NCBI GenBank assembly: GCA_963666515.2
Contig: OY762897.2
Span: 3,008,001 to 3,072,000, forward strand
Source: Candidatus Binatia bacterium
GTDB lineage: Bacteria > Desulfobacterota > Binatia > UBA9968 > JAJDTQ01
Reading direction: 5' to 3'
Length of the DNA: 64,000 bases
Part shown: positions 32,148-40,737 of the stretch, one piece after another
Layout of the letters: each line of letters starts with the position of its first letter
Position numbering within the stretch: position 1 is the first letter of the stretch
The notes under the pieces: generated by a model
The model's input: only the letters and a program-made list of their open reading frames with translations
Database searches by the model: none
What the model was told of the DNA's origin: nothing
Position numbers and translations under genes: made by a program

Positions 32148-32176
32148 GACTTTTAAGTCTACAGACTCTGAGTAGC
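32148..32176 (-). promoter_or_regulatory. Double C-box operator
   Basis: Minus strand GCTACTCAGAGTC-TGTA-GACTTAAAAGTC, the PvuII-type pattern of two ACT-N-AGT dyads around TGTA. Confidence 0.8.
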
Positions 32177-32300
32177 ACGCGGTTTCCTTCAGGAAGACTT
32201 GGCCTGCGTCAGACGCCGTGAACACGTCGCTGCGTTGCGAGACTCTGGCGGGGCCTGCCGCGCACGGCGGCACGTCTTTGGGCGGGCGGGGCGACGCCGG

Positions 32301-32605
32301 ATTCCTTGCGGCCGGTGCCATGCGCTGGTGACGGTGCTGAGCTACTCGCGATGTTGTGGCTGCGCTTCTACCGCCGGCAGACGATGGCGGTGCTGATAGA
32401 AGGGCTGGAGAGCGCCTTCGAGTGGTTCGGCGGGATACCGCAGGAACTGTTGTTCAATCAGATGCGGACGATGGTGCTGTCGGAGGGCCGCGTGGGCGGG
32501 GCGAGTTGGTGCTGAACGCGGACTTCCTGCGGTTCGCCGCCGACTGGGGGTTCCAGCCGCCAGGGGTGCCGGCCGTACCTTGCCCGGACCAAGGGCAAGG
32601 TGGAG
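32301..32605 (+). pseudogene. IS21-family transposase (IstA) remnant
   Basis: Frameshifted core: VLSYSR / LWLRFYRRQTM...AFEWFGGIPQELLFNQM / FLRFAADWGF / CRPYLARTKGKVE. Confidence 0.82.
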
Positions 32606-32708
32606 TTCAACAGCACCGCGCCCGCCTAGTTGGCGTTCCGGACTGCTCGGAGAACCACAGTCCCTCGACCGCTCACCTATGGGCAGTTCCATGTAGAGAA
32701 GTCATAGC

Positions 32709-33833
32709 TCAGGAAAACCTCTCCCGAAAAACAAATCGACTTGGAAGACGCGTCGCCAGGGTTGCACTTGCAACCTCGAATCCATGCCGACGCAGTCGCG
32801 TAAACTCCACTTGCGTTAGGCGCCGCAGAGTGGTGGGGAAGGTGGCGGCCTTCTTCGTTTCCTCCGCACTCAGATGGTCTCCCGATGGCGCGGTACGTTC
32901 GACCGCTGAATAGATTTGCTCGACCGTATTCCCCATCCTGAGGTATACCCCTGTGTCCACCGCGCGCACGAGCTCCGCAACAACCGCCCTTGAACGAAGA
33001 CCCCGGATCTGGTCCGTGGCGATATCGATCAGCCTATGTACGCGGTGCCCTGGCTTCTTCATGCGCCTGAGCGTGCGAGGAGAGAACTCCAACGGAGCCG
33101 AGGCGTCGCTCACGACCACCATGTCGAACCCATCACGGAACCCGCCGCTCGGCTTGAACAGGGGCTCTATCCCCAAGTTGTCGTAAACACCCCCATCCCA
33201 AAGCTCATACCGCTTGGCCGGCGTTGTTGTCGGCACCAACTCCCCACCTTCGTACCGATGCCACGCATAACGGCTCGATCGAACCACTAAGGGTCCAATC
33301 AGTCCCGGAACCGCGGCCGACGCTGCGATCGCATCTGTGATCGCCACATCGGGATTCCGGACGTAGCCGGTAAGGTAGTCACCCATACGCGACTGACCGA
33401 AGCGCCAGTTCTTGCCCGTTTCGTAGCAGGTTGCGTTGATAATCCACCGGGGCGTGGCCGGGAGTTGCTGCAACGATCCTTCAATCCCCCATTGCGCTTC
33501 CAACTGCTTGGCCAGGATCCGCGCTCGCCCGCGTGCCAAGCGCCACGGCAGCGCAAGCGACCGCCACACGTACGACCACTGCAAAGTCGTCGTAGTCAGA
33601 CGCTCGGTCACCTGAGGTAAGACTGTGTCGAGGAACTCTTTGCTACCTGGCCATCGATGACCATTGCGGCAAAGTATCAAACCCGTGACAAGACTCCCGC
33701 CAGATACAGTCGACACGAATGTTGTCTGCTCCAATAGTCCATCCAAGGCCAAGCGCTGCAAGACGCCGCAGTGGAAGACCGCGGCGCGCACACCACCTCC
33801 AGAGAGGGCAAGGGCGAGCCTCATCGATTCCAT
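32709..33833 (-). CDS. Patatin-like phospholipase
   Basis: LSGGGVRA, nucleophile STVSGGS, ASAAVPG, DGGVYDNLG; start overlaps the JAB gene end. Confidence 0.9.
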   Translation of the reverse strand: MESMRLALALSGGGVRAAVFHCGVLQRLALDGLLEQTTFVSTVSGGSLVTGLILCRNGHRWPGSKEFLDTVLPQVTERLTTTTLQWSYVWRSLALPWRLARGRARILAKQLEAQWGIEGSLQQLPATPRWIINATCYETGKNWRFGQSRMGDYLTGYVRNPDVAITDAIAASAAVPGLIGPLVVRSSRYAWHRYEGGELVPTTTPAKRYELWDGGVYDNLGIEPLFKPSGGFRDGFDMVVVSDASAPLEFSPRTLRRMKKPGHRVHRLIDIATDQIRGLRSRAVVAELVRAVDTGVYLRMGNTVEQIYSAVERTAPSGDHLSAEETKKAATFPTTLRRLTQVEFTRLRRHGFEVASATLATRLPSRFVFRERFS

Positions 33834-35344
33834 GCCGCTCGCGTGTAGAACGCGAAATTCCGGTCCGCGCCGACGATCATCACTACCCCGGGCCAGCCGT
33901 CGACACGCACTTCGTTCGCGACCGTTTGAAGCAGTTCTTCATCGTCGCTGCTCATGGCAACACCCGCGTTGTCTGGATGGGAGTGCCACTCGCCGACATA
34001 ACCCACCTGGCCTCCCGTCCGACCTTCGATGGCATCGAGCTGTTTGCGAAGATCCGCATACCCCCGGATAAACGCATCGCGGTGCTCCTCGCTGTCGGCC
34101 GGCGCCGGCAAGACATCCACCAAGTACACGTGGCGGTTCAGAACATCAAAGTAGCCAATCAGTACACCGCCCGTCTCCCTCGGCAGCTTCCCCCGTCGCA
34201 GGGAGACCACGCGGTCGAGGAGACCGCGGTCCAACACGAAGACCCAGCCGTCACATTCCCGACGAATGACTTCAAAAAGGGGAACTTCAACCCGCTGGAC
34301 TGTACCGTCCTGCTCCTGCTGCCAGATCGCGCCCATGGCCGCGTCGTGAGCAGTGCGAACCTGTCGCGCCAGCAGGGCACTCGCAAGGGCCACGTCGTCT
34401 TGGCCGATCCGCGCCGTTACGTCCCTGCAGCCGACGCTGTACCGGACATATCCCTCGCGCCTGATATGCCCTTCGAGCCGGGGATCAGTGAGGACCGCCC
34501 GATAGTATTGGGCCTCAAGCGTATCCAGAGTCCACGACCTCTCGGCATCCTCCATCAGCATGACCGCATCACGGCCGTCGGGACTCAAGAACAGGGTCGT
34601 GCGTCGAGCCGTAACGTCCAGCGTCCGGCCGAGAAAGCGCGCAGCCGCAATGGAGGTCGACACGTCGAGAATCAGGTCCGCATCACGGAAAGTCGAAAGC
34701 ATCCTCTCGTTGCCCTCGACCGACAACACGTCCTCGGCGAAAGCGTGCTCCACGGGATTGTGGGGGGTCGCAAAGCGGCTATAGCGTTCTAACGCAGGTG
34801 CCTTCAGTTGACCGACTGCAAACTCACCGAGACGGTGCCGCACAACGTTGTGTGGTGAGAGAGTGTCTTCATCGACAATTGTCCAATGTCCCCACCCCAT
34901 TCGCGATAAGTGGTCGTGCAACTGGGAGCCAAGCGCGCCTGCGCCGACCAACACAACCTTCGGATCGGCTAGGCCCGGTTCCATTCCGCTGAAGTATTTC
35001 GCGGCCCCGCGGTCGAGGGCTCGTTCCGGGCGCAGGACATCGACGGGCACTGCACGAGCCCGTTCCGGATCGAACTGCGACCCCAAGAGCCAGCCCAATT
35101 GCTCGTGGGGACCAGAGGAAGCAAAGCCACCTGTGGCAATTGCAGCATCTCGGATCGACTGCATGGCGAACGCGCAATACTGCACCTGCTCGATCGGACC
35201 GCGCGACTGGCGCTTCCGAGGTAACTTCGCCAAAACAATGAGACCATCCCCATCCCGTGGAACACGCTCCCCGTCGTACAGTCGCTTCAGTTCTTCCACC
35301 AGCACATCCACGAGGGCAATCCCAGCGTGAGCCAAGAGGCCCAC
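33821..35344 (-). CDS. ThiF/E1-like adenylation domain + JAB/Mov34 isopeptidase (3' part of an E2-E1-JAB gene)
   Basis: VGAGALGS, DEDTLSPHNVVRH, candidate catalytic Cys YSVGC; JAB ETGGVLIG...GEWHSHP...SSDD. Confidence 0.87.
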   Translation of the reverse strand: MGLLAHAGIALVDVLVEELKRLYDGERVPRDGDGLIVLAKLPRKRQSRGPIEQVQYCAFAMQSIRDAAIATGGFASSGPHEQLGWLLGSQFDPERARAVPVDVLRPERALDRGAAKYFSGMEPGLADPKVVLVGAGALGSQLHDHLSRMGWGHWTIVDEDTLSPHNVVRHRLGEFAVGQLKAPALERYSRFATPHNPVEHAFAEDVLSVEGNERMLSTFRDADLILDVSTSIAAARFLGRTLDVTARRTTLFLSPDGRDAVMLMEDAERSWTLDTLEAQYYRAVLTDPRLEGHIRREGYVRYSVGCRDVTARIGQDDVALASALLARQVRTAHDAAMGAIWQQEQDGTVQRVEVPLFEVIRRECDGWVFVLDRGLLDRVVSLRRGKLPRETGGVLIGYFDVLNRHVYLVDVLPAPADSEEHRDAFIRGYADLRKQLDAIEGRTGGQVGYVGEWHSHPDNAGVAMSSDDEELLQTVANEVRVDGWPGVVMIVGADRNFAFYTRAAWNR

Positions 35345-35359
35345 TAGGTCCTTCAGGTT

Positions 35360-36055
35360 CTACGGACTGTCGTGTATCGCACCGTGTACAGTCGGCTGGC
35401 CCACCACCACCACCACATACATACGGTTCGCTTCCGATGGTTGGTTCTCGTCGGCGGCCTCCAGTTTAAACGTAACGGGTCTGTCTGGCCGTTCAGCGAC
35501 GCCGGTCGCCACGTATAGCCTTGGCGGCGAGTCCTCGGCGAACACGGCCTCCGGAAAGACCACAACGTCCAGACCGCTCAGGAGAAAGGGTTCCAGGGGC
35601 TGGTCAGCGCCGTGCAACTCCCCGACAGCCGTGCGCGAGAGCCACTGTGCAATGTCGCGGAGAAATCCAGCGCCGCTCCAACGAAGGCGAACCTCGGCCC
35701 ACGGGTCTTCGTAGAGGCACAGCCACCTGGGTTCCCCCGTAGGAGTGCTGTACAAGTGCGGCACATGCGGAAAATCGATCCGAAGCGCGAGGACCCTAGG
35801 GCAACGTCGGTCGCCACGCTCGAAACCGAGCGCCAACCGCTCTTGCGAGCGGATATCGTGGACAAGGTCTTGAGGAAGCTCCGGTGCGATTTCGACCACG
35901 AGAACCTCTTCGTACCGATCCCCCGACGCCCACTGCCTTGTTTCGATCAAGCGGGTGCACGGACTCCAAGCCAACGCTTCGCGCACTTCCTGAGCACGGT
36001 CCAGCACAAGTGCCTCCGGTTCCATTGAATCACCGGGGGCTGGGAACCAAGTCAT
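35360..36055 (-). CDS. Prokaryotic E2-like domain (5' part of an E2-E1-JAB gene, ends at in-frame TAG)
   Basis: P-x-V-x-ALR-x-DFPHVPHL...LCLY; same frame as the downstream E1-JAB ORF (DSP*NLKDLVGLL). Confidence 0.8.
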   Translation of the reverse strand: MTWFPAPGDSMEPEALVLDRAQEVREALAWSPCTRLIETRQWASGDRYEEVLVVEIAPELPQDLVHDIRSQERLALGFERGDRRCPRVLALRIDFPHVPHLYSTPTGEPRWLCLYEDPWAEVRLRWSGAGFLRDIAQWLSRTAVGELHGADQPLEPFLLSGLDVVVFPEAVFAEDSPPRLYVATGVAERPDRPVTFKLEAADENQPSEANRMYVVVVVGQPTVHGAIHDSP

Positions 36056-37170
36056 CTCCTGCTGCCAGCCCTGGGGGCGCGGCTACTCGTTACGGCCGAC
36101 ACCCCCACCGCTCCAGCCTGCATGAGAGTCACGCCACGGGCACCGACACTGATTTCGAGAACTTTCGGCCGTTGCGTGCTGAGGTGTTCCATCGTCACCG
36201 CGAATTTCCGGCCCTGATTGTCCACAATAGCCTTCCTGTACGTCGCTGCGGCCTGCCGGTGGGGCGGGTCGTTCGTGTCTTCTCTGGGAATGGGATCCGA
36301 CGAGGACACTGCAATACCGCCCTGCTGGCACTGATTGAGCAGCCACTTCACGTTCGCCACCGGCTTGGTGTAGTCCTTGCCTTTCTCGGGGCCGAGGGCA
36401 AGGTAACTACAGTGGTGCGGCACGTTGTAGAGGTCCCACCGCAGTCGAATGTCGCGGCTCCGGGCACGCGTGATATCAACAATCTCCTCAAGAATCTCCC
36501 ACGAGGAATCGCCCACCATCAGGTACCGCGTCTTGCGACCCGAGACGTCGAAGGTTGCGTGCAGGATGAGGGCGCTCTCGTTCCGTAGCACGGTGCCGCC
36601 GTCGGCGTGCTTCGCGAAGGGCGAATGCACGAAGAACTCGACACCATCACGCTCGCAAGTAAACCCGGGAACGAGCCGGCCCGCATCGGTGATCAAATGA
36701 CGTCGCTGCTCCAACGAAAGACCTTCGGACTCGAGCCAGTCGGCGAGCTTCGACGGTTTCGAGAAGACACGGATTCCCTTGCCCTCCTTGAGTCGGTGCC
36801 GTGCCTCGCTGCGCCACACGGCCGCTTCGCCGGTAAGGCCCTTCTCGAGGATGGCTGCAGCGGGTACCCACAGTTCCCCGATCCGCTTCCGCCACGCGCT
36901 CTGGTACTTCTTCGCGTGTTCCAAGAAGAAAAACTCGGTGCTGTTCGCGATGTGGTCATCGTCGAGGTGCGTGAGCGCGACGACATCGAATCCAGTCCGC
37001 TTCGCGGCTGTGAGCTCATCGCTGAGCGCCTTATGAAGGTCGATCCGCGGATCGTCCTTGTCTTCGGCCTTGCGCCGGTGGCAGTAGTCGAAGAGAAGCC
37101 GCTTCTGGTTCGCCAAAATGATCTGGCTACAGTCGCCGTTTCCAACGGGATAGAACTTGACCTTGACCAT
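36052..37170 (-). CDS. Metallo-beta-lactamase-fold (ComEC-like) hydrolase
   Basis: FYPVGNGD, LFD, THLDDDH, NESA, GD, PHHCS; C-terminus ...APRAGSRR; ATGA overlap with E2. Confidence 0.87.
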   Translation of the reverse strand: MVKVKFYPVGNGDCSQIILANQKRLLFDYCHRRKAEDKDDPRIDLHKALSDELTAAKRTGFDVVALTHLDDDHIANSTEFFFLEHAKKYQSAWRKRIGELWVPAAAILEKGLTGEAAVWRSEARHRLKEGKGIRVFSKPSKLADWLESEGLSLEQRRHLITDAGRLVPGFTCERDGVEFFVHSPFAKHADGGTVLRNESALILHATFDVSGRKTRYLMVGDSSWEILEEIVDITRARSRDIRLRWDLYNVPHHCSYLALGPEKGKDYTKPVANVKWLLNQCQQGGIAVSSSDPIPREDTNDPPHRQAAATYRKAIVDNQGRKFAVTMEHLSTQRPKVLEISVGARGVTLMQAGAVGVSAVTSSRAPRAGSRR

Positions 37171-37244
37171 AGTTTTCAATCCTCCGTTCCGAGTGTTTCA
37201 CTGCGTGCCAGTCTTGACCGACACCGCCGAACCTGACAAACTGC

Positions 37245-37288
37245 GTCTCACTTCTGAAACATAACGCAGGCTGTTTCATATGTCAAAC
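37245..37288 (-). promoter_or_regulatory. Sigma70 promoter of the MBL operon overlapped by two palindromic operators
   Basis: Minus strand TTGACA-17-TATGTT; dyads GTCTCA-N4-TGAAAC (37245-37260) and GTTTCA-N4-TCAAAC (37273-37288). Confidence 0.65.
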
Positions 37289-37316
37289 ACTTCGAATCAC
37301 CGAGGGAGGATCGCCC

Positions 37317-37658
37317 ATGCGGACATCAAATTCGCTCGAATCGCTCGGCTCGCTGGTCTCGGAGAAGCGCGGGAAGGTCGGCGTGAGAGCAACGGCAGCC
37401 GCGATCGGGATCTCGCCGGCCACGCTGTCCCGGGTGGAGAACGGACACCTTCCGGACCTCGCCAATTTTCAGAAGATTTGCCAGTGGCTGCAGATTGATC
37501 CTGCGACCGTCCTGAATGTCGACACCGAATCAATGAACCGACCATTGGTCGCGGTCCACTTCCGCGGATCCAGCACAATGGCCCCTGCGACCAGTTCCGC
37601 ACTCGCGGAGATGATCCAGGCCGCTCACGATGCGCTGATCGCACAAGAAGCCAAGTGA
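37317..37658 (+). CDS. XRE HTH repressor, CapH-like
   Basis: GVRATAAAIGISPATLSRVENG HTH; C-terminal VHFR followed by a helix; GGAGG RBS. Confidence 0.85.
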   Translation: MRTSNSLESLGSLVSEKRGKVGVRATAAAIGISPATLSRVENGHLPDLANFQKICQWLQIDPATVLNVDTESMNRPLVAVHFRGSSTMAPATSSALAEMIQAAHDALIAQEAK

Positions 37659-37662
37659 TTCA

Positions 37663-38244
37663 ATGCGGCGCGGTTTCAAGTCATGGTGCGAAAACACCGC
37701 TGCCGAGTATAGGTTGCACTTGGGGCTGAGCGGAGACGCCCCGCTTGATCCTCGTGCCCTTGCTGACTACCTCGGGGTCCAGGTCTGGACGCCACGCGAC
37801 GTAACCGGACTCTCGGACGAGAGCATCAAGCAGCTGACGGAAATCGATCCCAGTAGCTGGTCCGCCGTGACGATCGCCTCGAACGGCCAATACCTCGTGA
37901 TCCTCAACTCCGCGCATGCACGTACCCGGCAGCAAAGCAGCCTTGCGCACGAACTCGCCCACCTCATATTGAACCATCGTCCCGCTCGTACCACCGTCTC
38001 TGACGAGGGGTACTTATTCAGTGACCGCTATGACGCGGAGCAGGAAGAGGAGGCCAACTGGCTCGCTGGTGCGCTACTGCTGCCGAGGGAAGGGTTGTTA
38101 GACGTCTATCGACGAACGCGGTCATCAGCGGTGATCGCGAAGGAATTTGGGGTCAGCACCAAGCTGGTCGACTGGCGCCTGCGCATGACGGGCATTCTCA
38201 TGCAGGTTAAACGCGGCGCTCAGTGGCGCCGGCGTACTGGTTGA
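37663..38244 (+). CDS. ImmA/IrrE family Zn metallopeptidase, CapP-like
   Basis: LAHELAH (HExxH), EEEANWLAGALLLP, C-terminal HTH-like FGVS. Confidence 0.88.
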   Translation: MRRGFKSWCENTAAEYRLHLGLSGDAPLDPRALADYLGVQVWTPRDVTGLSDESIKQLTEIDPSSWSAVTIASNGQYLVILNSAHARTRQQSSLAHELAHLILNHRPARTTVSDEGYLFSDRYDAEQEEEANWLAGALLLPREGLLDVYRRTRSSAVIAKEFGVSTKLVDWRLRMTGILMQVKRGAQWRRRTG

Positions 38245-38536
38245 ACATACAGCCCCCGCCTTGCCATCCGTGGTAGTCCAGGATATCGACGTCATCCGCT
38301 CGGCGATACCGCCATTCCTGGTGCCCCCGGCGGATGGCATCCCGGCACGCATCGCTTATCCTCGCTTCGAATTGTCCCCAGGCCAGGACAAAGTATGCTT
38401 GTTCGTTGAGCCTCTGTTGGCGTGCGACGCTGTCGCGATCCTCGGTCTCACTGGCAGCATCGTACCGGTCGCGTAAGCCTTCAAGATAGTTGTCGACCTG
38501 TTGGTACAGGGCTGCGATGGCACCGAGGTCGCTCAT
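38207..38536 (-). pseudogene. Probably truncated helical (HEPN-like) protein
   Basis: ATGA-coupled to the upstream gene; AYFVLAWGQFEARI helix; the 3' end runs into the CapP-like gene and no RxxxxH motif remains. Confidence 0.4.
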
Positions 38537-38970
38537 CGAAGGACGCGCCTCAACCAGTCTTCGGTGACCGCCTCCCGGTCGCATCGCCGTTCGGCAGGAG
38601 CCACCTGCCAATCCGGCGCTTCGAAATTCTCCGACATGTCGACGATGAGGTAGCGCCGACCGTCCCGCTTCAGATCGATACGGCCATTGCCGCCGATGAT
38701 CCATAGCCCACGCGGCTCCAGTCTGGCCGCGTCGTCTCCCTGCCCAAGCAGCATGAGCGTCGGAATCTCTATTCGTTCAACGCCGAACTTCCGCATGAGC
38801 TCTTCTTGCATGAGTATGGGCTCACCCTCGCAGGTTCGCCAACCGTCCGGCAACCAGCCGCCGATCGTGGCGTAGAGGTCTTTCACGCGCCTCGCCCAGT
38901 CATCCACGCGTCGCTTGATGTGCTCCGCGTCAATTGTTTCGCTTGTAACGTCTTCGAGAACCGTCCCCAT
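38533..38970 (-). CDS. Hypothetical protein (145 aa)
   Basis: Clean ORF with purine-rich RBS; LEPRGLWIIGGNGRIDL. Confidence 0.7.
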   Translation of the reverse strand: MGTVLEDVTSETIDAEHIKRRVDDWARRVKDLYATIGGWLPDGWRTCEGEPILMQEELMRKFGVERIEIPTLMLLGQGDDAARLEPRGLWIIGGNGRIDLKRDGRRYLIVDMSENFEAPDWQVAPAERRCDREAVTEDWLRRVLR

Positions 38971-38995
38971 CGAACCGTTCCCCCTTCCCGTTTGG

Positions 38996-40360
38996 TCAGG
39001 ATGTCTCCGAGCAGTTCAGAACTTCACAAAGTTCCCGAATGCTTTCCAGGCCATCCAGCCCGCCAATGAGGTCGGCGACTTGCCGGCTCCGCTTCAGGTC
39101 CAGCGCCCTGGCGGCGCAGGCATCGAACTTCTCGCGCAGTTCCGCCGGGGTCAGGGGCTTTTCGGGCCGGCCCCGTGAGTGGTCCACCCGTCGGCGCAGT
39201 TCGCCGCCGTCCTTGAGACGGACCGTCACGTCGGCGGGACGGGCGCCGTCCGCGGTTTCCACGAGGCCGGTATCCAGCTCCATGACGATGGTTTCCGCGA
39301 TGCGCCGGACCGCGGGGTCCGCCGCGGCCTCGTCCGTGAACGTATCCAGCACCAGCGCCCCGTCCACGAGCGCCCTCGCCAGGATGTAGGGCATGCTGAA
39401 CTTGGACTCTATGCCGTTGGCCGGCAGCGCGTTCATGATCCGGTCGAAGACCTGCGAGGTCACCCCCACCCGCATGGAATCCACCTGGTCCGGCCGAAGA
39501 CCTTCCTGACGCAGCTCCAGCACGGCGTCCACGGCGGAGTGGGTCAGGCCGCCGCAGGGATACGGCTTGACGCTGACCCCGATGGCCGTCAAGTCGAAGG
39601 TGCTGCCGAGGTCCTCGAACGGCGTCGCGTCGCATTCGAGCCCGCGGCCGAAGCAGTCGAACAGCCCCTTCCCTTCCTCCAGCGCCGCCGGACTGGAAGT
39701 GAAGCCTTGTGCGGCCAGGCGCGCCGCCACCACCCCGTTCTGGGCCGCCAGGCCCGAGTGCAGCGGCTTGGTCATGGTGGCGAAGTTCCACACCATGCCC
39801 GATGCCATCGAAGCGGCGATGCCCAGAGCGTTGCGGGTGGCGCCGGCGTCAAGACCCGCCAGCCGTGCGCAGCAGGCCGCGGCGCCCACCGTTCCGAAGC
39901 TCGATGTCGCGTGCCAGTGGCCATGAGTGGAGAGCTGCGGCATGGAACGGGCCAGCCGGGAAACCACCTCGAAGCCGGCCACGTAGGCGGCGAGGACGTT
40001 CCTGCCGCTTGCGCCTGTCGCTTCTCCCATGGTCAGCACCGCCGGGATCAGGCCGGCGGTGGGTTGACCCATGAGATAGCTGTGATCGAAGTCCAAGGCG
40101 TGGGCCGAGGTGCCGTTGCACAGCGCCGCCAACGTGGTCGAGGTCTTGAATCCCTGTCCGATGACCGTGGCCTCCGCGGCTCGGGATTCCTGCTGCGCCA
40201 GCGCGGCGCAGATCCGTGCGCTGTCCTCGTCCGAGCCCGCCAGCGCGACGCCGACGCAGTCGAGGACCGCCGCCTTGGCGGCCTCGACCACATCCGGCGG
40301 GAGCTTGTCGAAGTCGTTGCCGACGACGAATTCCGAAACCTTCTCTGCAAGCCCTGCCAT
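38996..40360 (-). CDS. MmgE/PrpD family protein
   Basis: LDCVGVALAG, NGTSAHALDFD, WHAT, KPYPC, KFSMPY, GRPEKP. Confidence 0.92.
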   Translation of the reverse strand: MAGLAEKVSEFVVGNDFDKLPPDVVEAAKAAVLDCVGVALAGSDEDSARICAALAQQESRAAEATVIGQGFKTSTTLAALCNGTSAHALDFDHSYLMGQPTAGLIPAVLTMGEATGASGRNVLAAYVAGFEVVSRLARSMPQLSTHGHWHATSSFGTVGAAACCARLAGLDAGATRNALGIAASMASGMVWNFATMTKPLHSGLAAQNGVVAARLAAQGFTSSPAALEEGKGLFDCFGRGLECDATPFEDLGSTFDLTAIGVSVKPYPCGGLTHSAVDAVLELRQEGLRPDQVDSMRVGVTSQVFDRIMNALPANGIESKFSMPYILARALVDGALVLDTFTDEAAADPAVRRIAETIVMELDTGLVETADGARPADVTVRLKDGGELRRRVDHSRGRPEKPLTPAELREKFDACAARALDLKRSRQVADLIGGLDGLESIRELCEVLNCSETS

Positions 40361-40410
40361 AGAGTGTTCCTTTCAAAGTGCGGCGGCCGGCAGGTCCGCG
40401 AATGCCGTCG

Positions 40411-40704
40411 TCACAGCCAACCGAGGAACCGGAACAGACCGGGGCGGTCGGCGAACTCGTCGATGGGGAGACGTTCCAGGTAGAGAATCCCATCGGCGGT
40501 TACGGGAGGGACCTGGGATCGCACCGCGTAGGATCCGCCGGCTTCGGTGAGGCGAAAGCCGTCGTTGGCGAGGTCCACCAGCCCATCCGCCGATAGCGCA
40601 TCGAGGATGGCACGGTCCGCCTCATCGAAGCGCATCTCGATGTCCCCTGCCCTGAACGCGCGCACCAAGCCCGCCAGCAATGTCACCGCCTTGGGATCTT
40701 CCAT
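40411..40704 (-). CDS. Hypothetical protein (97 aa)
   Basis: Co-oriented between SPFH and PrpD genes; coding-like codon usage; GLV...FRLTEAG looks like a winged-helix wing. Confidence 0.55.
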   Translation of the reverse strand: MEDPKAVTLLAGLVRAFRAGDIEMRFDEADRAILDALSADGLVDLANDGFRLTEAGGSYAVRSQVPPVTADGILYLERLPIDEFADRPGLFRFLGWL

Positions 40705-40737
40705 CGCGGCCCTGGCCTCATGGAGTCACCAGGGCGC

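Noticed and set aside
35360-35362. Pyrrolysine at the in-frame TAG
   Set aside because: No pyl genes or methylamine methyltransferase context. The site is a non-catalytic linker, and TAG is a normal stop elsewhere in the window.
32709-37170. Canonical CBASS or Pycsar
   Set aside because: No CD-NTase or pyrimidine cyclase ORF in or near the operon.
28620-38300. Integrative element with att sites
   Set aside because: No integrase, tRNA or flanking direct repeat found by eye; only a decayed IS21 fragment.
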